DNA of 64,000 bases, taken from a bacterium (GTDB lineage Bacteria > UBA8248). The notes below the pieces were generated by a model. It worked only from the letters and a program-made list of their open reading frames with translations. It was not told the origin of the DNA and did no database searches. The stretch lies in contig CBDBZY010000031.1 in NCBI GenBank assembly GCA_965213685.1, positions 160,001 to 224,000 of the forward strand, in the 5' to 3' direction. Below are positions 54,974-64,000 of this stretch, piece after piece. Numbering within the stretch: the stretch's first letter is position 1; each line of letters begins with the position of its first letter. A program made the translations under genes and the position numbers.

Positions 54974-55888
54974 ATGAGCGAGAGAATAGCCTACGTCAAG
55001 GGCCGGTTCGTGCCGGAAGCGGAGGCGAACGTGTCCATCCTAGACCGCGGCTTCCTCTATGGCGACAGCGTCTATGACGCATCGCGCACCTTTGGCGGCA
55101 GGCCCTGGCGCCTCCGGTCGCACATCGACCGGCTCTACCTGTCCTGCCGGTACGCGAGGCTCGACCCCGGCATGGGTGCGGACGAGATGGAAGCCCTCAC
55201 CATGGAGCTCGTGGAGCGCAACCGCGCGGCGTACGGGGAGGGGGAGGAGTTCCGCATCAACCACTGGGTCACCCGGGGCGGCGGCGTGAGCTCCGCCGCC
55301 AGCCACACGCATGGTGCGCACACCCTGGTCATCTTCACCCTGCCGATGGACTACACGCGCTACGCCCACGGCTACCGGGAGGGGGTGCGCTCGGTCGTCA
55401 CCGGCGTGCGCCGGACTCCTCCGGAGTGCGTCGAGCCGCGCGCCAAGGTGGGGGGCAAGATGAACCACGTGCAGGCCGAGTTCGAGGCACAGGAGGCGGG
55501 CGCCTGGCCCATCATGCTCGACACGAACGGCTTCGTGGCCGAGGGGTCGAGCTACAACTGTTTTTTCGTGCGAGAGGGCGCGCTCCTCACGCCCACGGAC
55601 CGCAACTGCCTCGCCGGCGTGACGCGCGCCCACGTCATCGACATGGCGCGCGAGCTCGGCATCCCCGTTCGCGAGGCCAACCTCACGCGCTATGATCTGC
55701 TCACAGCCGACGAGGCATTCCACACCGGAAACAGCATCTGCATCCTTCCGGTCTCCTCGGTGGACGGCGCCAGGATGGCCCACGGCGCGCCCGGCCCCAT
55801 CACCAGGCGGCTCATGAGCCTGTGGGCGAGCCAGGTGGACTGCGACTGGGCGGCGAAATCCCTCGCCGCCTTGGAGGGGGGCGCATGA
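54974..55888 (+). CDS. Aminotransferase class IV (BCAT/DAAT-like)
   Basis: DRGFLYGD, HIDRL, RAK, EGSSYN, LAGVTR. Confidence 0.9.
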   Translation: MSERIAYVKGRFVPEAEANVSILDRGFLYGDSVYDASRTFGGRPWRLRSHIDRLYLSCRYARLDPGMGADEMEALTMELVERNRAAYGEGEEFRINHWVTRGGGVSSAASHTHGAHTLVIFTLPMDYTRYAHGYREGVRSVVTGVRRTPPECVEPRAKVGGKMNHVQAEFEAQEAGAWPIMLDTNGFVAEGSSYNCFFVREGALLTPTDRNCLAGVTRAHVIDMARELGIPVREANLTRYDLLTADEAFHTGNSICILPVSSVDGARMAHGAPGPITRRLMSLWASQVDCDWAAKSLAALEGGA

Positions 55889-56919
55889 AGGCCATGGTGC
55901 TGCGGGGGAGAGGGGCGCCGTTCTCCCTGGAGGACGTGCCGGACCCTGCGGCCGGGGCGGGCGAGGCGGTGGCGCGCGTCATCGCCTGCGGTGCGGGCCT
56001 CACGATTCACCACGCGCGCGCGGGGCGCGTCGCGGTCGACTACCCCGTCATCATCGGCCACGAGGTGGTCGGCGAGATCGTCGAGACGGGCGCCGGGGTC
56101 GCGAACGTGCGGGCGGGCGACGCCGTCACCTTCCATTGCTATCTGACGTGCGGGGACTGCCGCTGGTGCCGGGTGAACCGGGAGCCCCTGTGCGACAACC
56201 TCGCGGGCTTCGTCGGCAGGCACTGCGACGGCGGCTATGCGGAGTACGTCAAGCTGCCCGCCCGGAACTTCATCCCGCTGCCCGAGGGGCTGGACTACGA
56301 GGCACACCCCGCGGAGGCGGCCGTCATCTGCGACGCGGTCGCCACCCCCTACAAGGTGGTGCGCCGGGCGCGGATCGCGCCGATGGAGACCGTCGCCGTC
56401 ATCGGCGCGGGCGGCGGCGTGGGGATTCACATGGTGATGCTCGCCCGCTGGGCGCACGCGCGCGTCATCGCCGTGGACGTCTCGCCGGAGAAGCTGGCGA
56501 AATGCCGGGAAGTCGGGGCGGAGGCCGTCGTCGACGCATCCGGAGGCGACGTCGCCCAGGCGCTGCTGGAGCACACGGACGGGGCGGGCGTGGACGTGGC
56601 CGTCGATTTCGTCTCGCAGGACGCCACCCTCGAGGCCGCCGCCGAATCGCTCGGCAAGGGCGGCCGCCTGGTGACGCTGGGCGGCTTCACGCCGAGGCCG
56701 TTTCGCCTCTCCGCCGGCCGTCTCCTGAACGGGGAGCTGGAGGTCATGGGCAGCCGCTCCTTCACCCGCCAGGAGATCGTCGAGTCCCTGGCGCTTTGCG
56801 CGCGCGGAGAGGTCTGGCCCCTGGTCACGGAAACCTACCGCCTCGAGGAGGCCGAACGCGCCCACGAACGCCTGGAGGCGGGGAGCGTCACCGGGCGGGC
56901 GGCCATCGTGATGGAATAA
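55885..56919 (+). CDS. Zinc-binding alcohol dehydrogenase family protein
   Basis: GHE, CGDCRWC...C, GAGGGVG. Confidence 0.9.
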   Translation: MKAMVLRGRGAPFSLEDVPDPAAGAGEAVARVIACGAGLTIHHARAGRVAVDYPVIIGHEVVGEIVETGAGVANVRAGDAVTFHCYLTCGDCRWCRVNREPLCDNLAGFVGRHCDGGYAEYVKLPARNFIPLPEGLDYEAHPAEAAVICDAVATPYKVVRRARIAPMETVAVIGAGGGVGIHMVMLARWAHARVIAVDVSPEKLAKCREVGAEAVVDASGGDVAQALLEHTDGAGVDVAVDFVSQDATLEAAAESLGKGGRLVTLGGFTPRPFRLSAGRLLNGELEVMGSRSFTRQEIVESLALCARGEVWPLVTETYRLEEAERAHERLEAGSVTGRAAIVME

Positions 56920-56944
56920 CCGCGCTCTCCCCGAAAGGCGCCCC

Positions 56945-58120
56945 ATGGACTTCACCCTCACCGCATCCCAGCGCGAACTCCAGCGGCTGGCCCACGATTA
57001 CGCGAAAAACGAGCTGCGGCCCCATGTGCGCGAGCGCGAGCGGCTCACCGACCCGGGCGCGAGGTTCCCCTGGGAGGCGCTGGAGGCCGGCAGCAGGCTC
57101 GGCCTGCGCACGCTCTCCGTCCCCGAGGAGCGGGGCGGCGGCGGGGCCGACATATTGACCCTGTGCGTCGTGGGCGAGGAGATCGGCTGGGGAGATTTGG
57201 GCGTGGCCGTCACCTTCGACCAGACCTGGAAGGTGATCCACTTTCTGGACACCGTCTGGAACGCGGAGCAGCGCGAGAGGTTCCTGCCGGAATTTCTGGC
57301 CGACCACCGCTTCCACCTCGCCGTCGGGATGACGGAGCCGGAGGTGGGCTCGGAGAATTTCATCCCCGAGGAGGGACCCGACCGGGGCGTCCGGACGCGC
57401 GCCGAGCGAGACGGCAACGAGTGGATCGTCAACGGCCGGAAGCGCTACATCAGCAACGGCGGCATCGCCAGGCTCTACGTGATCGTCTGCCGCACCGACC
57501 CGACCGTCGGCGTCTCCCGAGGCGTCACGTATTTCATGGTGACGCCGGACATGGCGGGCTTCTCCATCGGACGGATTCACGAGAAGATGGGCCAGCGTCT
57601 CTCGCAAAACGCCGAGCTCCTCTTCGAGGACTGCCGCGTCCCGGACGACCACCGCGTAACGCCGGTGGGCGGGGGCGTGGCGGCCCGCTCGGGGCCCTTC
57701 TCGCGCGGCTCCGTCATCGAGTCCGCCGCCACCGCCCTGGGGCCGGCGCGCGCCGCCTACGAGGACGCCCTGGAGTTCGCCAGGACGAGAATCCAGGGCG
57801 GCAGGCCCGTCATCGAGCACCAGGGCGTGGGCTTCCTCCTCGCGGACTGCTTCGTCGAGTACCAGGCCGCGCGCCAGACCCTGCACCACGCCGCCTGGCG
57901 CGCGATGCGGGAGGGATACGACCCGAAGCTCGGCTACATGGCCAAGGTCTTCGCATCCGAGACCGGCTTTCGCATCGCCACGCGCGCCCTGGAGGTCTGG
58001 GGCGGGGCGGGCTACATGACGGACGGGCCGATGGAGAAATACCTGCGCGACGTCGTCAGCTTCCTCCACTCCGCCGGCACCAACCAGGCCCAGCGCATCC
58101 GCACGATGGCGTATCTGTGA
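56945..58120 (+). CDS. Acyl-CoA dehydrogenase family flavoprotein
   Basis: TEPEVGS, NGRKRYISNG, RIQGG, WGGAGYM, EKYLRD. Confidence 0.9.
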   Translation: MDFTLTASQRELQRLAHDYAKNELRPHVRERERLTDPGARFPWEALEAGSRLGLRTLSVPEERGGGGADILTLCVVGEEIGWGDLGVAVTFDQTWKVIHFLDTVWNAEQRERFLPEFLADHRFHLAVGMTEPEVGSENFIPEEGPDRGVRTRAERDGNEWIVNGRKRYISNGGIARLYVIVCRTDPTVGVSRGVTYFMVTPDMAGFSIGRIHEKMGQRLSQNAELLFEDCRVPDDHRVTPVGGGVAARSGPFSRGSVIESAATALGPARAAYEDALEFARTRIQGGRPVIEHQGVGFLLADCFVEYQAARQTLHHAAWRAMREGYDPKLGYMAKVFASETGFRIATRALEVWGGAGYMTDGPMEKYLRDVVSFLHSAGTNQAQRIRTMAYL

Positions 58121-58252
58121 GGCGCGCCGGATTCGACGCCGCACACCGGGTGCGTCCGCCGGAAGGTTCTCCCCTGACGGGCGCGCGGAGAGGCTTCGCC
58201 GCCTTTTTCTATCGACACACGCTCCGAGCAACGGAAAGACGAGGGTAGAGAA

Positions 58253-59287
58253 ATGAACAAGAAGATTGCCGTCCTGGGCACCGGCGCCATCGGCAGCAGC
58301 GTGGCGGCCGACCTGACGGACGCCGGGCTGGACGTCGCCATCATCGACCAATGGCCGCAGCACGTGGAGGCGATGCGGGAGAGGGGCCTGCGCGTCCAGA
58401 TGCCGGACATGGACCTGCGGCTGCCCGTGCGCGCGCACCACCTGTGCGAGCTGGCCTCGCTCAAGACGCAATTCGACATCGTCTTGCTGGTCGTCAAATC
58501 CTTCGACACCCGATGGATGTGCGAACTCATCGCACCCTATTTCCGGAGCGACGGCGTCTTCGTCGGAATCCAAAACAGCATGAACAACGAGACGATCTCC
58601 TCCATCATCGGGCGCGAGCGCGTGGTGGGTTGTTGCGTGGAGCTGTCGGCGGAGATATTCACGCCCGGCCTCGTCCAGCGCAACACCGCGCGGAAGGGCA
58701 CCTGGTTCGCCGTGGGGGAGCTGGACGGAGCCATCACGCCGCGCGCCGAGGAGATGCGCGCCCTCATCGCCCACGTCGGCGTCACCGAAATCACCCCCAA
58801 CATCGAGGGCACGAAGTGGACGAAGCTGATCGCCAACTGCATGACGATGGGCCCCTTCGGCCTGCTGGGAGTCAGGAACGCGGAGGCCAGGGACTTGCCG
58901 GGCATCGTCGACATTTCGGTCCGGCTCGGAAAAGAGGCGATGGAGGTGGGCACCGCCCTGGGCTACGGGGTGGAGCCCGTGTTCGGCCTGACGGCGGACG
59001 ATTTCGCAGGCTCCGACGACCAGGTGCTGATCACGGCCATGAAAACGTTGCTGGGCCACGTGGGGACCCGCTCCCGCACCGCCCCGATTCACGACCACAT
59101 CAAGGGCCGCAGGAGCGAGATGGACTACATCAACGGCCTCGTGTCGCACAGGGCGCGAGAACTCGGCATACCCACCCCCTGCAACGATGCGGTGGCGGAG
59201 ATCGGAAACATGATCGACGACGGGGAGATGGAGATGGGACTCTCGAACTACGACCTTCTCCGTTCAAAAATCGCCGGCGCCGGCTAG
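58253..59287 (+). CDS. Ketopantoate reductase family protein
   Basis: GTGAIG, VKSFD, QN, KWTKL, SEMDYING. Confidence 0.88.
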   Translation: MNKKIAVLGTGAIGSSVAADLTDAGLDVAIIDQWPQHVEAMRERGLRVQMPDMDLRLPVRAHHLCELASLKTQFDIVLLVVKSFDTRWMCELIAPYFRSDGVFVGIQNSMNNETISSIIGRERVVGCCVELSAEIFTPGLVQRNTARKGTWFAVGELDGAITPRAEEMRALIAHVGVTEITPNIEGTKWTKLIANCMTMGPFGLLGVRNAEARDLPGIVDISVRLGKEAMEVGTALGYGVEPVFGLTADDFAGSDDQVLITAMKTLLGHVGTRSRTAPIHDHIKGRRSEMDYINGLVSHRARELGIPTPCNDAVAEIGNMIDDGEMEMGLSNYDLLRSKIAGAG

Positions 59288-59355
59288 GGGGCACCCGGAG
59301 GCTTTGCTCCCACGCTCCGGGAGGGTGCGCGGGGGGAGGTCGAAACCAGCCGCTA

Positions 59356-59997
59356 CTAGGCGCCCTCCGTTGACTGGCGGCCCACCCAGCGTTGCGCCTC
59401 CTCCCGGACGCGCCTCGCCCGATCCGTATTCTCGACCACGAGATTCTCCGACGGCGGGCTCCCGCTGAACTTCTCGTTGCGCCAGCAGTGATAGCGAAGC
59501 GCCTTCGGGTAGGGGGCGAGGTCCATCGCCTGAAAATACGACGCCGGCACCTCTCCGGGCTTGTGGGGGTCCATCCTGTCCTTCTCGTATATGATCGTGC
59601 GCTTGATGACGCGCCACCGCCCCTCCCTGTGCTCGTGGAGGTCCACCACGCTGCTCCACGTCGAGAAATCGAAATCATGGCCGTCCATCGTCCTCCTCTG
59701 GTGCAGGATGAGGTAATACTCGCAGACGCCGCGCTCCCCGCGCACCCGGGCGCGCACGTTGCCCGCGATGTGCTTCTGGGTGTCCTCCGCGTGATGGCCG
59801 CTCATCATCGCCCCCGACTCCTCGATGAACGAATGCGCGTTGCCCGAGAACCATGAAGTGGTGATCTCCGCATCCGGATGAAAGCAGTCCAGCAGCCCCT
59901 CCCAGTCGCCCGTGTCGCGGCAAATGTGGGAGAACATGGACGTCTCCATCATCTCCAGCTTGTCCGCCGCCGCGCGCAGCCTCTCCGCATCGCTCAT
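59356..59997 (-). CDS. NTF2/SnoaL-like protein
   Basis: RDTGDW...FHPDA, GRWRV.KR.IYEKDRMDP. Confidence 0.82.
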   Translation of the reverse strand: MSDAERLRAAADKLEMMETSMFSHICRDTGDWEGLLDCFHPDAEITTSWFSGNAHSFIEESGAMMSGHHAEDTQKHIAGNVRARVRGERGVCEYYLILHQRRTMDGHDFDFSTWSSVVDLHEHREGRWRVIKRTIIYEKDRMDPHKPGEVPASYFQAMDLAPYPKALRYHCWRNEKFSGSPPSENLVVENTDRARRVREEAQRWVGRQSTEGA

Positions 59998-60111
59998 CCC
60001 GCATCTCCTCCCGCGAGCGTCGCTCGCATGCATGTCCCGCTCCCCTCCTCCGGGCGCCGCGCGGAACGAAACGGGGGGGGGGGGGGGGGCGTCCACCGCT
60101 CTCCTCGCCCC

Positions 60112-61900
60112 CTACAAAACAGTCCGCGCGCCAATGGCGGGCTCTCCGTGCCCCAGGCCGGGCAACTCCCAGACGCCGGCGCCCATGGGGTTCTCCTCTC
60201 CCCCGACGTTCGCGTCAATCACGTAGGGACGCCCGGCCCGCACCGCCTCGTCCACGGCTTCTCCCAAATCCGCCGCCCTGTTCACCCGCACGCCCGTGAC
60301 GCCCGCTGATTCCGCCATGGCGGCGAAGTCGGGATTGTAGGGGGCGGCGGAGCCGGGACGCTGAAACCCGGTGGCCAGTTCCCGACCGCCCAGATAACCG
60401 CGCTGCAGCCCCCGGATGGAGGCGAAAGCGTAATTGTTCCAGACCACCCAGACGGCGGGAATGTTGTATTCCACCGCCGTGGCGACGGCGCTCAGGTGCA
60501 TGAGGAAAGCGCCGTCCCCGCACACCGATACGCAAGCCCTGTCCGGTGCCGCCAGCTTGGCCCCCAACACCCCCGCCACCCCGAAGCCCATCGCGCCAAA
60601 GCCCATGGAGCCGATGAGCGATTGCGGCCCCTTCGGGCGGCAATACTGGATCAGCCAGTTGTGGTGGACGCCGACGTCGCTGACGAGGATGGCGCCATCG
60701 GGCAAGGCCTTGTCGATTTCATGGGCCGCGCGCTGGGGGTGGATGGGTTCGGTGTCTTCGCGGTAGCCGGGAGCCGTGAACTCCTCCCATTCGTTTCGCC
60801 CAGCCGTCAATCTCGCGAAGCCATCCTTTCCGGGCGACCGGAATCTCCGTTTTCTCCGCGGCGTCCAGGGCTTCGTTCACCTGCTCCAGGAAGACGCCCG
60901 CATCCGCCATGAGGCCCAGGGCCACGGGATAGTTCCGGGCGATCTCCTCCGGATCGATATCCACGTGAATGAGCCTTGTCGGCGGAATGTTGAACGAGTA
61001 TCCGGGCAGCCAGCTGCTCGAGGTGCGATCGTCGAAGCGCACGCCGAGCGCAAGCAGAACGTCGGCCTGCCGCGCGGCGTGGTTCGCCGGATAGGCGCCG
61101 TTTCTGGCGAGCAAGCCCAACGCCAGGGGATGTTCGGAGTCGATTGCCCCCATTCCGCTCGATGAGCACGCCACGGGAATGCGCAGTCTCTCCGCGAGCG
61201 CGACCATCTCCGCCGCCGCCCCGCCGTATTTGACGCCCTGGCCCACCAGCATCACGGGACGCTCTGCGGACAAAAGCATCGCCGCCGCCTTCTTCACCCC
61301 CTCCGGGTCCGCCCCGCAGCGGCAGGAGACGTTCGCGTTCCATGCGGCGGCGCGCGGCATCTCGACGTCGGCTTCCTCCTTGAATATGTCGAAGGGCACG
61401 TCGAGCACGACGGGGCCGGGCCTTCCGGTCACCATCGTCTTCCACGCCTGGCGCGTGAACTGTGGCACCATCTCCGCCCGCGTGGGCTGATACACCCGCT
61501 TGCAATACGCCTGCACTGTCGAGGGGAAGTCCGCCTGGTAGTGTCGATAGGTCTCCTGAAACGCCCCGCGGTTGAACTGGTTGGTGGGGACGTTTCCGGT
61601 CACGGCCAGAAACGGAACCGAATCGAAAAAAGCGTTGGCCAGAGAAATCGGCATGTTGGCCGAACCCGGCCCGCAGGAGGTGAACGTCGCCACCGGCCGG
61701 CCCGCCACCCGGTAGTACACGTCGGCCATGAAGCCGCACAGCGACTCATGGCGCACGGAGAGCGTCCGGATTTCGTCGGCGCGCTCGTAGAGCGCATCCA
61801 GAAAACTGATGTTCCCGTGCCCGCAAAGGCCGAATATATAGGGGACGTCCTCCTGGATGAGATAATCGACGATGATCTGCCCACCGTTCATGCGGGTCAA
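60112..61900 (-). CDS. TPP-binding protein (acetolactate synthase-like), +1 frameshift at 60799-60801
   Basis: GLCGHGN, VRHE, GPGSAN, GRPGPV, GDGAF...WNN. Confidence 0.88.
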
Positions 61901-61945
61901 TATACGGCTCCTTTCCAATGAAGACGGAGAATTGTATGATGGGCG

Positions 61946-61974
61946 ACTGTAGAAATTCCGGCGGGGCCTGTCAA
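61946..61974 (-). promoter_or_regulatory. Putative sigma70 promoter of the TPP gene
   Basis: Minus strand TTGACA-17 bp-TACAGT. Confidence 0.6.
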
Positions 61975-62137
61975 TGAACGGAAAACGCCGGGGACGGAGG
62001 GAGGGCGCAACAAGAACCAAACGCCTTGCGTTGCGGGCCGGGCGGGTGCCCCGCCAGCAGGCCCGACATCCGATAAGAACGGCGCCTTCCCGAAAAGTAA
62101 GGTTTCATTCCATTCATTTCCTGAGGAGAGAGAGACG

Positions 62138-63127
62138 ATGAGCACAGCCAGATGGACGTCATCGCTGATCGCGGCGGCGCTCGCGCTCAGCGCCCAGTTC
62201 GGCGCCATGCCCCCGGACGCAGCGGCCCAGCAGCGCATCACGATGAAGGGCGGCCAGATTCGCGGCGCCTACAACCGATGGACCAGCGCATACGCCGTGT
62301 ATCTGACAAAAGAACTCCCGGGAGTTCAGGTCTCCTCCGAGTCCTCCACCGGCTCCTCCGAAAACGTGCGGGCCGTACACTCAGGCTCCGTGGAGGTGGC
62401 GCTGACGTTCTCGAGCGACGCCTTTCTGGGCTACCGGGGCGAGGCGCATTTCAAGAAACCCCAAAAGAACGTCCGAACGATGACATACCTTTTCGGCTCG
62501 GTGGGGCATCTGCTGGTGCCGGCGAAAAGCGCGATCCGGAAAATCGGAGACCTGAAGGGAAAGACCATCTCGATGGGCGGCCCGGGCTCCGGCTCGGCCA
62601 AAAACCTGACGGCACTCCTCAAGCATCTCGGCATCTGGGGCACGTTCAAGCCCGTCTACCTGGGCCGCAAAAGCCCCGAGGCCATGCGCAACGGCAAGAT
62701 CGACGGCTACAACTGGCACCCCGGCCTCGGCAACGCGATGATTCGGGACACGGCCACGATGATGCGGATTCGCTTCATCAACATGGACGCCCCCGCCCGG
62801 CAATCGGAATTCTACAAGAAATTTCCCTATTTCGGACCGACCGTGATTCCGGCGGGCGTCTATCCGAACGTGGACGCCGACACCCCGACCTTCGGCACCG
62901 GCACCGTCATGATCGCGGGGAGCCGGGTTTCCGCCGATCTGGTCTACAACATCATGAAAGCCATCTACTCCGAGAAGGGCCGCAAATACATTCTCTCCGC
63001 CGCCGGCAAGGTGGCACAGGAGATGTCCATCGAGAACGGCCTCAAACTCCTCAACGCGCCACTTCATAAGGGGGCGATCCGGTTCTGGAAAGAAGTGGGG
63101 AAGAAGATTCCCGAAGAGCTCATGTAG
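62138..63127 (+). CDS. TAXI family TRAP transporter solute-binding subunit
   Basis: STGSSEN, DLKGK...GGPGSG, IPAGVY, PLHKGA. Confidence 0.92.
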   Translation: MSTARWTSSLIAAALALSAQFGAMPPDAAAQQRITMKGGQIRGAYNRWTSAYAVYLTKELPGVQVSSESSTGSSENVRAVHSGSVEVALTFSSDAFLGYRGEAHFKKPQKNVRTMTYLFGSVGHLLVPAKSAIRKIGDLKGKTISMGGPGSGSAKNLTALLKHLGIWGTFKPVYLGRKSPEAMRNGKIDGYNWHPGLGNAMIRDTATMMRIRFINMDAPARQSEFYKKFPYFGPTVIPAGVYPNVDADTPTFGTGTVMIAGSRVSADLVYNIMKAIYSEKGRKYILSAAGKVAQEMSIENGLKLLNAPLHKGAIRFWKEVGKKIPEELM

Positions 63128-63217
63128 CCTCCTCCTCGGCTTCGACACGGCAACACGCGCGAATCTCTCCCGGCGGGCGGAGTGGGCCCGCGCGGGGAGG
63201 TTCTCGGGGGCCGCGCC

Positions 63218-64000
63218 ATGACCTCCAGCGATGAAACCCATATCCCCCGCGCACCGGGCGGAAGCCGCGCCCCGCTCCTGACGGGAGGCTGGAAGCATTT
63301 CCATCGGGCCATCGCCTGCGCCTTCGCCCTCTTCGCCCTTTGGGCGGCGGGGCCCGGCATACCCGAGGACAACCTCCACCTGGGGATATTCACCCTCGTC
63401 ATGTGGAGCATGAGCTTCCTCTTCCACCCCGGCCGCGAAGGGTCGGCCTGGAAGGCGCCCGAAATCTCCGACTGGGGGGTCGCTCTCGCCCTCGTTGCGC
63501 TGCTCGCCGGCGCGATCTACCGGGCGGAAGGCGTCGCCGAGGAAGGCGCGCGGGCGGTGGACCGGGCGACGTGGCTCGGGTGCGTCCTCCTGGGTGCCGT
63601 GGCGCTTTTCCGGCCGCGCGCCCTGAACCTCGCCCTCACGGGCCTGACCTGCCTTTGTCTGGGCTACTTCGTATCCCACTACCTCGAACTCCAGGACAGG
63701 ACGGGGGCCTGGCACCAAACGGACTTCTGGATGGCCTTCGTGGCCATCGCGCTCGCCCTGGAGGCGGCGCGGCGCGGGCTGGGGGCATGGATTCCGGCCA
63801 TCGCGATTCTCGCGCTGCTCTTCGCCCACTTCGGCGCCTACGCCCCCGGGCAACTCTCGCACCGGGGCTCCACGGTCCACCAGATCGTCAACTACGCCTT
63901 CTATTCCCAGGAGGGCATCTTCGGCGTCATGACTTCCGTCATGGCGAATTACGTTTTGATATTCATTTATCTGGGCGCGTTCATGAACCAGTCCGGGATG
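63218..64000 (+). CDS. TRAP fused (4TM/12TM) permease, truncated at window end
   Basis: Open frame to the end; LEAARR, HRG, EGIFG motifs; follows the TAXI gene. Confidence 0.85.
   Translation, partial: MTSSDETHIPRAPGGSRAPLLTGGWKHFHRAIACAFALFALWAAGPGIPEDNLHLGIFTLVMWSMSFLFHPGREGSAWKAPEISDWGVALALVALLAGAIYRAEGVAEEGARAVDRATWLGCVLLGAVALFRPRALNLALTGLTCLCLGYFVSHYLELQDRTGAWHQTDFWMAFVAIALALEAARRGLGAWIPAIAILALLFAHFGAYAPGQLSHRGSTVHQIVNYAFYSQEGIFGVMTSVMANYVLIFIYLGAFMNQSGM

Overview
High-GC bacterial chromosomal window. It has housekeeping islands (serS, three tRNA-Ser genes, recR-ybaB-dnaX-ffs, a PfkA-family kinase) among many solute transporters (Opp/Dpp ABC, NitT/TauT ABC, two Tct systems, TAXI-TRAP) and catabolic enzymes of unknown substrate. 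About nine single-base frameshifts sit in short homopolymers and look like long-read errors. Main signals: (1) three genes split by an in-frame TGA exactly at a catalytic Cys position, each followed by a SECIS-like hairpin: OsmC-like, AhpD-like (CxxU) and a DUF442/phosphatase-like sulfurtransferase (H-U-x4-R), the last possibly an unusual selenoprotein family; (2) a ~170-nt unit with a candidate promoter, a 16-nt perfect complement of the consensus 16S rRNA 3' end, a 12-aa ORF, a long hairpin and a terminator; (3) a helicase-nuclease (HelD-like) gene bracketed by 20-bp direct repeats, near a type IIG-like R-M gene; (4) a subtilase lipoprotein followed by an I78 inhibitor lipoprotein. All calls come from motif reading by eye; no searches were run.
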